From: Marinicella sp.
GTDB lineage: Bacteria; Pseudomonadota; Gammaproteobacteria; Xanthomonadales; Marinicellaceae
Direction: 5' to 3'
DNA length: 64,000 bases
Assembly (NCBI GenBank): GCA_965230295.1
Contig: OZ246001.1
Span: 96,001-160,000 of the forward strand
Under the pieces are notes generated by a model, which was not told where the DNA came from, made no database searches, and worked only from the letters and a program-made list of their open reading frames with translations. Shown piece by piece: positions 26,659 to 38,153 of this stretch; within the stretch, counting starts at the first letter, position 1; each line of letters begins with the position of its first letter. A program made the translations under genes and the position numbers.

Positions 26659-29600
26659 ATGAATACGAACATCAAATTGATCGCTGTCAGCGTCCTGATG
26701 GTGGTTGCCAGTGGTTGGATCAATCCAGCTCAAGCCAAAACAAAAGACAATAAGAAACACCCGCTATCAAACCTGCCTTTGAGAAACATTGGGCCTGCGA
26801 TGATCTCTGGAAGAATATCAGATTTCGCTTTTCATCCTGATAAAAAACATGAATTCTATGTCGCAACCGCATCCGGTAATTTATGGAAAACCAGCAACAA
26901 CACCATCACATGGAAACCCATATTTGATGGTGAAGGCTCATATTCGATTGGTGTTGTAGAGATTGACCCGAACAACCCGCAAGTATTGTGGGTGGGTTCT
27001 GGCGAGAACAATTCACAAAGAAGTGTGGCCTTCGGTGATGGCGTGTATAAATCAACAGATGGAGGCAAGTCCTGGAAGAACATGGGGCTGAAAAACTCCA
27101 ACCACATTTCACAAATCTGGATCAACCCAGCTGATTCAAATACGGTTTTAGTGGCAGCTCAAGGCCCACTGTGGAGTAACGGTGGCGATCGCGGTTTATA
27201 TAAAACTACCGACGGTGGAGAAAACTGGGATCGAATCTTGGAAATTGATAAATACACGGGTGTCAACGAATTCGTGATTGACCCTGACAACTCAGACAAC
27301 ATCGTTGCCAGCAGTTACCAACGACGACGCCATGTTTGGACCTTGATCAATGGTGGTCCTGGCAGTGGCATCCACAAAACCACCGATGGTGGCAAAACCT
27401 GGAAGGAAATAAAAGCAGGTTTACCCAAAGATCATATGGGCCGGATTGGCTTGGCCAATGCGCCCTCTTCGCCCAAAACGATCTATGCCATTATTGAAGC
27501 CAACAGTGAAGAAAAAGGACTGTACCGTTCGACTGATTTTGGCCAGAACTGGCACAAACAATCCAGTTACATGACCAACAGCCCCCAGTATTACAACGAG
27601 TTGGTGGTTGATCCGCACAACCCAGATCGTTTGTATTCACTGAACACATTCACCAACATATCTGAAGATGCGGGTAAAACATGGAAGCCATTGTCATTGA
27701 AGTTCAGACACGTGGATGACCACGCCTTATGGATAGACCCTGACAATACAGACCACTTGTATATTGGTGGTGACGGCGGGATTTATGAAACTTGGGATCG
27801 TGGCCAAACCTGGCGTCATATTCAGAACTTGCCATTGGGTCAGTTCTACCGCATCCAACCCGACAATGCAGAGCCCTTCTATAATGTTTGTGGCGGCACC
27901 CAAGACAACAATTCTTTGTGTGCACCTTCTCGCACCAATGACATCCATGGCATCACCAATGCTGACTGGCACATCATTTTAGGCGGCGATGGCTATGAAC
28001 CACAATTTGATCCCAATGACCCAAACATCATTTATGCTCAATACCAATATGGTGGCTTGGCCCGGTATGACAGGCGCACCATGGAACGGGTCTACATTGC
28101 ACCACATCCAAAAGACGGTGAAGCCGCCTACAAGTGGAACTGGAACTCTCCGTTGTTGCTAAGTCCTCATCACGACACCAGGCTGTATTATGGTGCAGAG
28201 AAACTGTTCAGATCAGACGACAGGGGCGACAGCTGGCAAATCATCAGCCCGGACCTGACCCAACAAATTGACCGCAATGAATTGAAAGTGATGGATCGGG
28301 TATGGGGTGTGGACACCATCGCCAAAAACGTATCAACATCCAAATATGGCAGTTTGATTGGTATCACAGAATCACCTGTACAAGCAGACTTACTGATGGT
28401 GGGCAGCGATGACGGCATCATCAGTGTCAGTGCAGATGGTGGTGACAATTGGCGGTCAGTGAAAAAATTCTCAGGTGTTCCTGACATGTCATACATCTCA
28501 GATGTGTTGTTCTCTAACCATGATGCCAATGTTGCATATGCAACCATTGATAACCACAAGCGTGGTGATTACAAGCCTTATGTACTGAAAACAAATGACC
28601 AAGGGAAATCTTGGAAGCTCATCAGTAATGATTTGCCCGAGCGCGGGTTTGCTCACACCATTGTTGAAGATCATATAGACCAAAACTTATTGTTTGTAGG
28701 TACCGAGTATGGTGTCTTTTTCAGCCAAAATGGTGGTGGCAAATGGCATGAATTAACCCAGTTGCCTACCATTTCAGTGCGTGATTTAGAAATTCAAAGA
28801 AGGGAAAATGATTTGGTGATTGGCACATTTGGTCGAGGTGTTTACATTCTTGATGACTACACGCCTTTACGTACCAATGTGAGTGCGTTATCAACGGATT
28901 CTGCCACACTCTTCGATGTCAAAGACAGTTGGCTGTATATCCAAGGGGATCAATTTGATGACCGTGAGAAAGGCTCATCAGGCAGTGACTTCTTCACCGC
29001 TCCTAACCCGCCACTGGGGGCCACCATTTCTTATCACTTGAAAGACAGCTTCAAAACCCTGAAAAAACAACGCCGTGCTGCAGAAATAAAAATTGAAAAA
29101 GAAGGCGGTGATACACCCTACCCATCTTGGGATGAATTGCGTGCCGAGGACAATGAAGAGAAGCCCAGTGTTTTTGTGTTGATAGAAGATGACAAAGGCA
29201 ACGTGGTGAAACGGGTTCCGGCTAAAAACAAAGCGGGTTTTCATCGTGTGCAATGGGACATGCGCTACCCTGCCCCAGATCCTGTCAGCCTAAAGAAACC
29301 TGGATTTGTTCCATACTGGGTGTCACCACCGATGGGTCCTTTGGCCATTCCTGGTAATTACCAAGCCACCTTGATGAAACGTCAAGGGGGTGAGTTAACC
29401 GCATTGACTGAAGCCAAACCATTTAAACTGGTTTCTATGGCCAACAGTCCGGAAATATCTGCTCAGCCAGAAAATGTTTTGGCATTCAAAAAACAATTGG
29501 CAGAACTACAGCGCAAAACTGATGGCGCCAACCGCAAAGTCAGCGAAATGGACAACCGCATCAAGCATTTGCTCAAAGCCGTTGATCGCACCGCTGCAGC

Positions 29601-29937
29601 CACTGAAGAGCATGCCAAAGAAATCAGGAATTTGTCTGATCGATTAACGCGATTAAAAGTCAGTTTGCGGGGTGATTCAACCATCGCTTCCAGACAAGAG
29701 CCTGTTCCTTGGTCTATTTCACAACGGGTGGGCAGTTTGTATGGTGGTTTGATTGAATCTCAAGCCAACATTCCAGGCAACTATCAGGATTCTTATCGGG
29801 TAGCCAACGGTAATTTATCCATGGCGCTCAAGGAATTGCACATGTTAGACACTGACCTGAGGGTGTTCGAAGACGACCTCGAAGAATATGGCGCACCCTG
29901 GACTCCAGGCAGGTTACCTACCTTAGATTTGAAATAA
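26659..29937 (+). CDS. Secreted VPS10/sortilin-like BNR-repeat glycosyl-hydrolase-like protein
   Basis: RBS GAGGA, signal peptide, RNIGP...GRI, many S.DGG.TW Asp-box repeats and GGTQDN. Confidence 0.88.
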   Translation: MNTNIKLIAVSVLMVVASGWINPAQAKTKDNKKHPLSNLPLRNIGPAMISGRISDFAFHPDKKHEFYVATASGNLWKTSNNTITWKPIFDGEGSYSIGVVEIDPNNPQVLWVGSGENNSQRSVAFGDGVYKSTDGGKSWKNMGLKNSNHISQIWINPADSNTVLVAAQGPLWSNGGDRGLYKTTDGGENWDRILEIDKYTGVNEFVIDPDNSDNIVASSYQRRRHVWTLINGGPGSGIHKTTDGGKTWKEIKAGLPKDHMGRIGLANAPSSPKTIYAIIEANSEEKGLYRSTDFGQNWHKQSSYMTNSPQYYNELVVDPHNPDRLYSLNTFTNISEDAGKTWKPLSLKFRHVDDHALWIDPDNTDHLYIGGDGGIYETWDRGQTWRHIQNLPLGQFYRIQPDNAEPFYNVCGGTQDNNSLCAPSRTNDIHGITNADWHIILGGDGYEPQFDPNDPNIIYAQYQYGGLARYDRRTMERVYIAPHPKDGEAAYKWNWNSPLLLSPHHDTRLYYGAEKLFRSDDRGDSWQIISPDLTQQIDRNELKVMDRVWGVDTIAKNVSTSKYGSLIGITESPVQADLLMVGSDDGIISVSADGGDNWRSVKKFSGVPDMSYISDVLFSNHDANVAYATIDNHKRGDYKPYVLKTNDQGKSWKLISNDLPERGFAHTIVEDHIDQNLLFVGTEYGVFFSQNGGGKWHELTQLPTISVRDLEIQRRENDLVIGTFGRGVYILDDYTPLRTNVSALSTDSATLFDVKDSWLYIQGDQFDDREKGSSGSDFFTAPNPPLGATISYHLKDSFKTLKKQRRAAEIKIEKEGGDTPYPSWDELRAEDNEEKPSVFVLIEDDKGNVVKRVPAKNKAGFHRVQWDMRYPAPDPVSLKKPGFVPYWVSPPMGPLAIPGNYQATLMKRQGGELTALTEAKPFKLVSMANSPEISAQPENVLAFKKQLAELQRKTDGANRKVSEMDNRIKHLLKAVDRTAAATEEHAKEIRNLSDRLTRLKVSLRGDSTIASRQEPVPWSISQRVGSLYGGLIESQANIPGNYQDSYRVANGNLSMALKELHMLDTDLRVFEDDLEEYGAPWTPGRLPTLDLK

Positions 29938-29948
29938 TCAGCGTTCAT

Positions 29949-29983
29949 GACCACCCATCTCCTCTGATGGGTGGTCTTGCTTT
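29949..29983 (+). terminator. Intrinsic terminator-like hairpin
   Basis: GACCACCCATC-N6-GATGGGTGGTC followed by TTGCTTT, just after the stop codon at 29937. Confidence 0.65.
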
Positions 29984-30012
29984 GCGGTAATTGGCGGTGA
30001 TAAACTGCCGGT

Positions 30013-31392
30013 ATGAGTTATCAAAAAGCATCCACCATTGCCATTTTTTGGGGTCTGGTTGTGTTGGCAGGTTGTCAGTCTTCTAAGCCTGATCTTGCCC
30101 GTCTTTATAAATCCAACAACCACTCAAACATGGAACAACCGCCGGTGATTCTGATTCACGGCATCATGGGCAGTAAGTTGCGACACAGCAACAGTTTCGA
30201 AGAAATTTGGTTTGGTAATTTGGCCAAGCTGTTGTTTTCAAGTTATCAAGCCATCAAGCTGACTTTCAACGGTGACTCCCTAGAGCCCATTACCGATGAC
30301 TTAGAGGCTTTTGAAATTGCAGATCAAGCTGCCGGCACTGACTTTTATCGAGCCATCATTGAAACCCTACAAAATTATGCAGGTTACCAACTCAGCACGC
30401 CTGGCAGCTATGATGAATTGGTTCAAAGGAAACTATATATATTCAACTATGATTGGCGACAAGATAACCAAAAAACGGCCATTAAATTGTCACAATTCAT
30501 CAAAACCATTCAACGAGACCACAACAACCCCAAGTTAAAATTCGATATCATAGCCCATTCGATGGGCGGACTCATTACCCGCTATTACTTGCGTTATGGC
30601 GAAACCGATGTATTGAACAACAATGACTTCCCAATGAACCAGGCGGGGTCAAAAAACGTTCGGAAAGTTATTTTATTGGGCACCCCAAATCTCGGCTCAG
30701 TTGGCTCAGTAAAATCTTTCATTACCGGCCTCAAAGTCGGCTTGCGAAAAGTCCCAACGGAAGTGCTGGTAACCATGCCCAGTGTGTACCAGCTGTTTCC
30801 GCACAGCATCAATGATTGGGTGATTGATCCATCTGGCCAACCACTGGATTACGATGTGTTCGATACCGAAACTTGGCGCCAATTTCAGTGGTCTATCTTT
30901 GACCCCAAAGTACGCAACAGAATCCTTGAAGACTATGAGGATTCCGAGGCAGGAAATGAATACCTGTTGTCCTTAGAAAAATACTTCACCAAACACATTG
31001 AACGTGCGCGCCGTTTTGTTTGGTCACTGACCATTCCTGTTGATTCACCCAGTTACAGTTTGGTGGTGATGGGTGGTGACTGCGAATTAACACCTGCCAG
31101 GATATTACTGGAAGAATCGGATTCGGGAAGGCAAGCCATACGGCTTAAACCCAGCCAAATCAAAAAACCGGTAGCAGGTGTGGATTATGAGTCATTGATG
31201 CTTGAACCCGGTGATGGCACTGTCACCAAAGCCTCACTGTTGGCCAGAGATGCTTTGGATCCCACTATACCCAGACATAGGTACAGTTTCTTCCCTATCG
31301 ATTACCCTTACTTCTTGTGCGAACCTCACTCGACATTGACCTCAAACATCAATTTTCAGGACAACCTTTTGAATATCTTACTCAGCCGTTAA
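30013..31392 (+). CDS. Lipoprotein alpha/beta hydrolase (LCAT/phospholipase-like)
   Basis: Lipobox LAGC; IHGIMGS, YDWRQ, AHSMGG, GTPNLGS and GDGTV. Confidence 0.85.
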   Translation: MSYQKASTIAIFWGLVVLAGCQSSKPDLARLYKSNNHSNMEQPPVILIHGIMGSKLRHSNSFEEIWFGNLAKLLFSSYQAIKLTFNGDSLEPITDDLEAFEIADQAAGTDFYRAIIETLQNYAGYQLSTPGSYDELVQRKLYIFNYDWRQDNQKTAIKLSQFIKTIQRDHNNPKLKFDIIAHSMGGLITRYYLRYGETDVLNNNDFPMNQAGSKNVRKVILLGTPNLGSVGSVKSFITGLKVGLRKVPTEVLVTMPSVYQLFPHSINDWVIDPSGQPLDYDVFDTETWRQFQWSIFDPKVRNRILEDYEDSEAGNEYLLSLEKYFTKHIERARRFVWSLTIPVDSPSYSLVVMGGDCELTPARILLEESDSGRQAIRLKPSQIKKPVAGVDYESLMLEPGDGTVTKASLLARDALDPTIPRHRYSFFPIDYPYFLCEPHSTLTSNINFQDNLLNILLSR

Positions 31393-31420
31393 TTTTTGAT
31401 TTGATGGACACGACGAAGGA

Positions 31421-33232
31421 TTAAAACCACTCGACAGCAAAATCCATACAGGTGGTATCAGAACCAGCCAGCAGCTTAAGTTTCGCTTCAATTTCAGGCA
31501 GTTCATAGGTAAAAAAGTATCGGCATGTTTCAATTTTGCCCTGATAAAATGGTTGCTCAGTTGGGCTTTCTGACACCTGTAACTGTTCCATCGCTACCCG
31601 GGCTTGTTGTAACCACATCCAGGCCACCACCACGTGACCAAATGCATCTAGGTAAATGGTCGCATTGGCCAAATAAGCAGGCACGCCCAGATCTGGAACC
31701 TTCCTCTGCATGGCTTGTGTGGTGCTCCCTAACTGCTGTAAATAACCTGCCAAAACCTCAGCCATGGGAGCCAGTTGTTGTTGCTTACCTGCCTGTTCAA
31801 TACTGGCCATGATTTCATCGAACAAGGCCTGGGCAGAAGCACCCCGGTTTTGAGTCACTTTACGGCCCAAAAGGTCCAAACCCTGAATGCCTTTGGTACC
31901 TTCGTGAATCGGATTCAAGCGGTTATCTCGATACAAGCGTTCAACCGGATACTCTCGGGTGTAGCCATAGCCACCATGAACTTGAATGGCTTGATCATTG
32001 GCCTTAAGTCCATATTCAGATGGCCATGATTTGGCCACAGGCGTTAAAATATCCAACAATGATTTTGCTTTGTCTTCTGCGGCTTGGTCATCCATGTTGG
32101 CTGCAATACGCTGCTGGTCAATCAATTTGGCGCAATACAGTCCCAGTGCCAAACCGCCTTCTGCATATGCCTTTTGTTGCAACAACATCCGTTTCACATC
32201 AGGGTGCTCAATGATGGGAACCATAGCGCTTTGGGGGTTGTTGTCATCCAATGGGCGACCTTGTTTGCGGTCTTTGGCGTATTCCAAGGCATGCAAATAA
32301 CCCGTATATGCCAATGAAGTGGCCCCCATTCCAACACCAATTCTGGCTTCATTCATCATTTGAAACATGTAACTCAAACCTTTGCTTGGCTCGCCCACCA
32401 ATAAACCACGGGCACCACCATTTTCACCAAAGTGCAGAACGGTATTGACCGTACCTCGAAAGCCCATTTTGTGATTGATTCCTGCCAAATTGACATCATT
32501 CCTGTCACCCAGAGAACCGTCTTCATTAACCCAGAATTTAGGCACGATGAACAATGAAATGCCTTTGGTACCAGCTTCTCCACCAGGGATCTTGGCCAAC
32601 ACCATGTGCACAATATTCTCACTCATGTCATGCTCGCCACCTGAGATCCACATTTTGTTACCGGTCACAAGATAACTGCCATCAGCTTGAGGGGCAGCTT
32701 TGGTTTTGATGTCGGCCAATGAAGATCCCACTTGGGTCTCAGATAAGCACATGGTGCCAAAAAACCGGCCCTCAACCAACGGCTTCAAATACAATGCCTG
32801 TTGTTGATCCGAGCCATAGGCACACAACAGGTTGGCCACCCCTGTGGATAACAAGGCATAAGCCGAAGTCGATACATTGGCCGCACCAAAAATAAAAGCC
32901 ATGGCCTGACAAACCACATAAGGTACCTGCATACCACCATATTGACTGTCAAAGGAAGCGGCACTCAAACCAGAGTCGATGAAGGCATCCAAAGCCTGCT
33001 TCACTTCAGGAATGATCTTGACCCGTCCATCCACAAACTCAGGTTCATGTTCATCAACCACAGCAGCATGTGGCTGAAACATTTCTTCAGCCAGCTTTTC
33101 GACCAGATCAATCAGTTGGTCAAAGATGTCTTTAGAGTGTTCTTGATAGCGTTCATACTGGCATAATTTTTCTGCATGAAGCACTTCATAAAGCTGGAAT
33201 GACAGGTCTTTGCGGCTGAAAATATTGGGCAT
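31421..33232 (-). CDS. Acyl-CoA dehydrogenase
   Basis: GTMCLSE..GS, GNKMWISGG, MNEARIGVG, QVHGGYGY and IHEGTKGIQ. Confidence 0.95.
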   Translation of the reverse strand: MPNIFSRKDLSFQLYEVLHAEKLCQYERYQEHSKDIFDQLIDLVEKLAEEMFQPHAAVVDEHEPEFVDGRVKIIPEVKQALDAFIDSGLSAASFDSQYGGMQVPYVVCQAMAFIFGAANVSTSAYALLSTGVANLLCAYGSDQQQALYLKPLVEGRFFGTMCLSETQVGSSLADIKTKAAPQADGSYLVTGNKMWISGGEHDMSENIVHMVLAKIPGGEAGTKGISLFIVPKFWVNEDGSLGDRNDVNLAGINHKMGFRGTVNTVLHFGENGGARGLLVGEPSKGLSYMFQMMNEARIGVGMGATSLAYTGYLHALEYAKDRKQGRPLDDNNPQSAMVPIIEHPDVKRMLLQQKAYAEGGLALGLYCAKLIDQQRIAANMDDQAAEDKAKSLLDILTPVAKSWPSEYGLKANDQAIQVHGGYGYTREYPVERLYRDNRLNPIHEGTKGIQGLDLLGRKVTQNRGASAQALFDEIMASIEQAGKQQQLAPMAEVLAGYLQQLGSTTQAMQRKVPDLGVPAYLANATIYLDAFGHVVVAWMWLQQARVAMEQLQVSESPTEQPFYQGKIETCRYFFTYELPEIEAKLKLLAGSDTTCMDFAVEWF

Positions 33233-33414
33233 GTGATTGATCGCTGGTTAAATGCAATCATTGTAAAAGATTTATGATCTTCACAGCAGACAAAATCAAT
33301 TATTTATTGGGTTGAATCAAGGGCACTTCACTCCTGGCTTCAACATGTCAGCCATTCTTGTTGGCCAGTTTCGTTGGGTGCTTTTACCAAGCGATCTTGA
33401 GTCAGTGGGATTCC

Positions 33415-35286
33415 TTACCAGCCACCACCACCTCCACCGCCTCCGCCACCTCCAGAAAATCCACCGCCTGATGAAAAGCCGCCATCTGATGAGGATGGTG
33501 CAACTGAAGCCGATGAAATGGTGGTCGACATGTCGCTTGACAGGTCACTGAACCCACTGGACATACTGGATATGCTGAAATGACTGTCAGAATACCACCC
33601 AGGACTGTAATCATAACTGGATGGTTCAGTGCCGGATAAACTCAAATGTCTGGCAAAGCGGTCTGACCATTGATTTTCAACACCCAATGCAATGGCAAAT
33701 GGCAGGTATTTTTCAAACAATTCAGAACTCATTTCAGGTGGGTGCATCACGTCTAGCCGATGTTGTTCTGCAGTGGACAGGTACAATTTAAAGCCTTCAA
33801 TGTCATCCATCATGGCTCGACCAAATGGTGTAGGTGCCTTCAATAAGTAAATAAAGAGCCCATTGATCAACAATAAAAAACCTCCCATCATGATCACTTC
33901 GATGGGAAGTGACCTACCCATGCTGTTGAATAAGGTGAAAGAAAAAAATATCACAAACAGTAAATGGCCTATATCCAATGACCCGGAAAATGATTTGTGA
34001 ATGGTAAACACCGCATAACCACCCACGACAAACAACACCCCATAACCGATGAACTGCTCTCCGTTGAATACATTCATATGGATCATCAAGAACATCAAAG
34101 TCAAGACACTGATGCCAATACCAAAATAACCCAACATGCGATTGTCTTTAAAGCATTTGTCTTTGTACTCACTTTTGAGTTTGGCACTGACTTTATTCAT
34201 GGCAGTTTCAATCCTGGAGTCATATTCTTTATCAATGAAGAAACTGTCGCGATGGCGCAGTAAATTTCGCATGATGATTTTTTCACCTGATGACATGACA
34301 GGCCTGGATTGACTGGCCTGTTCCACCTTGGTGATTTGATAACCAGTGCGGTACTTTTTTAAGGTGATGTACCCTTTGACAGCCAGTGAAATTAGAGCTG
34401 CGGTAAAATTTTTATGATTGGTTTTTTCATCCAATATATAACGCATGGCCGCAGGCGACAGGTCTTTGGGCGGATAAAACAAAGGTATGATAACTCCAGC
34501 TTCCGGGTCTCGTCCCACCTGATTCCAGGCCAGAATATAAAACATCACCAGACTCAATAACGCCACAACCATCAACACCCACATCAAGTTATCTCTGAAG
34601 AAATCAATCAACCCATTCTGATTGTCTTGAATGAAACCTTTGGGAATTTCTAAACTGAATGTTAAACCTTGATAGGGCTTCAACTCAGAGGTGCTGCGAA
34701 TGGTGATTTCATTGTCATTGATTTCACTGGTGAAATCTGCACCGGTTTGACCAGCAAACCCTGTCCAGGCTCCGCTGTTAACCATGGCCATGGAAACCCC
34801 ATCCGGCAACCGCACGACTGCAGTTACCTGATTCATGCTGAGTCGCCAGCCATTACCGGTGACATTCCAATAAAAGCGATCATGTTCATCCAGAAACGCA
34901 ATTTGTCTGTTGGTCCGATAGTTTATGGTGTAGGTTTGTTCTCCTCTCGGCACATATGAACTTTTGTTACCGATGTAAACCCTGATTCCATTCTTCATTT
35001 TATTGGTGTGAAAGACTTCCGGGGTACCATTCCTGAGTATTTCCTTGACCTCAAAGTCAACACTGGACTTGGTCATCAGACCCGTTTTATATAATGTTGG
35101 AAAGTCTCGATAGATGCCGCGTTTGATGTTATTGTGCTCTACCTGAACAGTGATGGTTTCTGTAACCAATATTTCACCATCCGCTTGTACAGTGATGTCG
35201 CTGCGAAAGTGTTTGATGTGCTCAACAGCCCCCACAGGCAAGGCCATCAATACCAATGCCCAAAACCCAATAATTTTTTGCCTCAT
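33415..35286 (-). CDS. DUF2207 membrane protein
   Basis: VTETI, YWNVTGNGW and FEKYLPFAIALGV motifs; Gly-rich GGGGGW terminus; follows lemA. Confidence 0.92.
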   Translation of the reverse strand: MRQKIIGFWALVLMALPVGAVEHIKHFRSDITVQADGEILVTETITVQVEHNNIKRGIYRDFPTLYKTGLMTKSSVDFEVKEILRNGTPEVFHTNKMKNGIRVYIGNKSSYVPRGEQTYTINYRTNRQIAFLDEHDRFYWNVTGNGWRLSMNQVTAVVRLPDGVSMAMVNSGAWTGFAGQTGADFTSEINDNEITIRSTSELKPYQGLTFSLEIPKGFIQDNQNGLIDFFRDNLMWVLMVVALLSLVMFYILAWNQVGRDPEAGVIIPLFYPPKDLSPAAMRYILDEKTNHKNFTAALISLAVKGYITLKKYRTGYQITKVEQASQSRPVMSSGEKIIMRNLLRHRDSFFIDKEYDSRIETAMNKVSAKLKSEYKDKCFKDNRMLGYFGIGISVLTLMFLMIHMNVFNGEQFIGYGVLFVVGGYAVFTIHKSFSGSLDIGHLLFVIFFSFTLFNSMGRSLPIEVIMMGGFLLLINGLFIYLLKAPTPFGRAMMDDIEGFKLYLSTAEQHRLDVMHPPEMSSELFEKYLPFAIALGVENQWSDRFARHLSLSGTEPSSYDYSPGWYSDSHFSISSMSSGFSDLSSDMSTTISSASVAPSSSDGGFSSGGGFSGGGGGGGGGGGW

Positions 35287-35290
35287 GCGA

Positions 35291-35869
35291 TCACAGCTTC
35301 ACTTCAGGATTTTCGGCATGTTTTGGATTTTCCAACTCAAAAAACTCGGCTTCTCTGAAGTCATATTTGTTGGCAATCATGTTAGAGGGAAACGATTGTA
35401 CTGCTGTGTTGTACTCACGGACAGCCCCATTGTAATAACGCCTGGCATATTGGATGTCATCTTCAATTTTCTGTAATTGTTGCTGCAGATCAATGAAGTT
35501 CGTGTTGGCTTTCAAATCAGGATAGGCTTCAACTTGTACCATCAGCCCAGACAAGGCATGAGAAAGTTGTCGTTCATCATGACTTTTTTGACCAGGTGTG
35601 GGTTCTGACGCTTGATCTTTACCGCGAGCTGCATTCCTGAGGTTGATCACTTTTTCCAGGGTTTCTTGTTCGTGCTCAGCGTATTTTTTCACCACATTAA
35701 CAATATTTGGAATCAAGTCATAACGGCGCTTTAGCTGCACATCTATGCCACTCCAACCATCCTCAACATGATTTCTTTTTTTAACCAAACGGTTGTAAAG
35801 TGAAACGGCCCAAAACACAATGGCCCCTGCCACCAACAGCAGAAAAAATAAAAAATTTGCTCCTCGCAT
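35291..35869 (-). CDS. lemA: LemA family protein
   Basis: YNRLV, IDVQLKRRYDLIPN, EAYPDLKAN and RRYYN. Confidence 0.95.
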   Translation of the reverse strand: MRGANFLFFLLLVAGAIVFWAVSLYNRLVKKRNHVEDGWSGIDVQLKRRYDLIPNIVNVVKKYAEHEQETLEKVINLRNAARGKDQASEPTPGQKSHDERQLSHALSGLMVQVEAYPDLKANTNFIDLQQQLQKIEDDIQYARRYYNGAVREYNTAVQSFPSNMIANKYDFREAEFFELENPKHAENPEVKL

Positions 35870-35992
35870 GACACGCTCCTGTAAGAATATCTATAGATTA
35901 TAGCGTGAAACCAGGATTGTTGAGTAGTGCCAGAAGTGATATGGGATCACATCGAGAATTTTGAGTGATATACTCTCTGCTTTTGGATATCA

Positions 35993-36598
35993 ATGATGAC
36001 TTGGATAAAAACCATAAAATACCAAGAAGCGAATGGCCAACTGTTGAAGCTGTATGATCAGGTCAAAGGGCCAAAGAACAATGTCGACAACATCATGCTG
36101 GCACATTCTTTAAGGCCACATACCATGCAAGGCCACATGACATTGTACAAATACACCTTGCACCACCCTGCCAATCAAATTGATAAATGGTTTTTGGAAT
36201 GCATTGGTGTCTATGTCAGCATACTGAATCAATGTCAATATTGTGTTGACCACCACTTTCAAGGCATGACCCGATTACTGGATGATCAGACGTTGGCCGA
36301 TCAAATCAAAAGTGAACTCTTAACAAGGGAACATAAGTCGCTGAATAAAAAACAGATATTGGCATTAGATTACGCCAAGACATTGACCAAAGATCCAGCA
36401 GGTTTGTCTGCAAATATGATCACTCAATTGCGATCAGCCGGATGGGATGATGGTGAAATCCTGGAGATCAATCAAGTGGCGTCGTATTTCAATTATGCCA
36501 ACCGCACGGTGTTGGGTTTGGGTGTTCACACAGAAGGTGACATCATTGGCTTGTCACCCAACAATTCAGCTGATTTAAATGATTGGAATCACCGGTGA
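35993..36598 (+). CDS. AhpD/CMD-like peroxidase-related protein
   Basis: HSLRP, N.CQYCVDHH and YFNYANR motifs. Confidence 0.85.
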   Translation: MMTWIKTIKYQEANGQLLKLYDQVKGPKNNVDNIMLAHSLRPHTMQGHMTLYKYTLHHPANQIDKWFLECIGVYVSILNQCQYCVDHHFQGMTRLLDDQTLADQIKSELLTREHKSLNKKQILALDYAKTLTKDPAGLSANMITQLRSAGWDDGEILEINQVASYFNYANRTVLGLGVHTEGDIIGLSPNNSADLNDWNHR

Positions 36599-36617
36599 TG
36601 AGAAGCAATCAGTTGGA

Positions 36618-38126
36618 TTAAACCAAATCGTCAAACATGTCATCATGCACTTCACCATCCCATGGGTGTAGCATCATCAATTCTTTGAGCTTGGCAAATT
36701 GCTCTGGGAACCTGACAATGACGTGGTGTGGTTGTGGTACAGATTTTTTGTCAACAATCAATCCAAATTCGACCTGGCCATTGTAGGACAAAATACTGAT
36801 GCCCATCCCTATGGTGCCGTTTTGCGGTACCCAGAACATGGTTTTATCTACTTTACAACCAGCAATGTATAGAGGCACAGGAGGACCCGGGACATTGGTC
36901 AAAACGGCAGTGGCCTTTTTGGAGAACAGGTTAAGCAACATGTTTTGTGCGGCTTGCGGCGCCAACCCTATCATGCTGAGCAAGCCTAAAGACACCAAAG
37001 CTTGTTTGGATTTCTTTAATTCGTTCATCTCATGGTGGACATATGACAGGCGTTTTAATGGGTTGGATTCAAAAATAGGTAGATTCAAGAACACCAGGCC
37101 AAAATGGTTACCCAATTCTTTGGCATGTTTCAAAGGCCTTAAATTGACCGGTACAGTGGCCCTGATGACTTTACTGTTTGGGTCATCACCACACTCAAGC
37201 ATATATTCACGCAAAGCCCCGGCTAAATTCGAAATCAGTACATCATTCACTGTGGTACCTGTGGCTTTGGCTATGGCTTTGACTTCATCCAACGGAATGG
37301 ATTGGGCCCAGGCCACCCGCTTACGAGTACACAGATCAGATTTATAAACGGTTTCCGGATCATCACTTAAGGTCAAAGCATTGAACAATTCTTCAGCAAT
37401 GTCGACCGAATCCCCCACCCCTTTTTCAATCAAAGAGGGGTCCTGCAAGAGTTTTTTACCCAATTCAGACATGTCACTCATCATTTTCAATGAATGAGCC
37501 CATTGTTTTTTGGCCGGGTTGACTACTTGCTTAAGCAAGCCCAACTTCTGATGCTTTTCTTTGGTACTTTCCTCCACATGAAAGTCCAAACTCTTTTCGC
37601 GGCTGGTGCTGGTCATTGAAAGCAAAACCTGGATCAACGCAATGCCATCGGCATAACAATGGTGAATTCTGGAAACCACCACAGGTCCTTCTTTATAGTT
37701 TTCTACAATGTGAAATGACCACAGGGGTTTGTTTTTATCTAACGGCGTTGAGGCCAGGTTACTGACATAATCCTGGAGCTCTTTGTAATCAGCTTTCCCT
37801 GGTAATGCCACCCGGCGAACATGCGCAGCCATGTCGAAATATTTATCATCTTGCCAATAGGATCCGCTGGCACTTTGGTGAGCCAATTGTCTGAAGCGGC
37901 GGTACTTGAGAAATTTTTTTTCCAATGCTTCGGTGAATTGTTCCAAATCTGGCATGCGATCCAAAAACATCATGCCAGTAATCATCATCAAATTATGCGG
38001 AGACTCCATGCGCAACCAAGCCGTATCTACTTTTCGCATGGGTTCTTTCTTATTGTCAATGTATTGGAACATAGGTAAAAAATTTTTCGTTTTAATTTGA
38101 GCTGCCTTCATTATAATAGAAAGCAT
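36618..38126 (-). CDS. Wax ester synthase / diacylglycerol acyltransferase (WS/DGAT); true start probably 38072 or later
   Basis: HHCYADG catalytic motif, TVNDV, PVNLR, TNVPGP and SYNG. Confidence 0.92.
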   Translation of the reverse strand: MLSIIMKAAQIKTKNFLPMFQYIDNKKEPMRKVDTAWLRMESPHNLMMITGMMFLDRMPDLEQFTEALEKKFLKYRRFRQLAHQSASGSYWQDDKYFDMAAHVRRVALPGKADYKELQDYVSNLASTPLDKNKPLWSFHIVENYKEGPVVVSRIHHCYADGIALIQVLLSMTSTSREKSLDFHVEESTKEKHQKLGLLKQVVNPAKKQWAHSLKMMSDMSELGKKLLQDPSLIEKGVGDSVDIAEELFNALTLSDDPETVYKSDLCTRKRVAWAQSIPLDEVKAIAKATGTTVNDVLISNLAGALREYMLECGDDPNSKVIRATVPVNLRPLKHAKELGNHFGLVFLNLPIFESNPLKRLSYVHHEMNELKKSKQALVSLGLLSMIGLAPQAAQNMLLNLFSKKATAVLTNVPGPPVPLYIAGCKVDKTMFWVPQNGTIGMGISILSYNGQVEFGLIVDKKSVPQPHHVIVRFPEQFAKLKELMMLHPWDGEVHDDMFDDLV

Positions 38127-38153
38127 GAATAAATATACAGCCGTCTGCTGCTA

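Noticed and set aside
33415-33500. CCA/CCG/CCT triplet run as a DNA repeat element
   Set aside because: It is the normal Gly/Ser-rich C-terminus of DUF2207 proteins.
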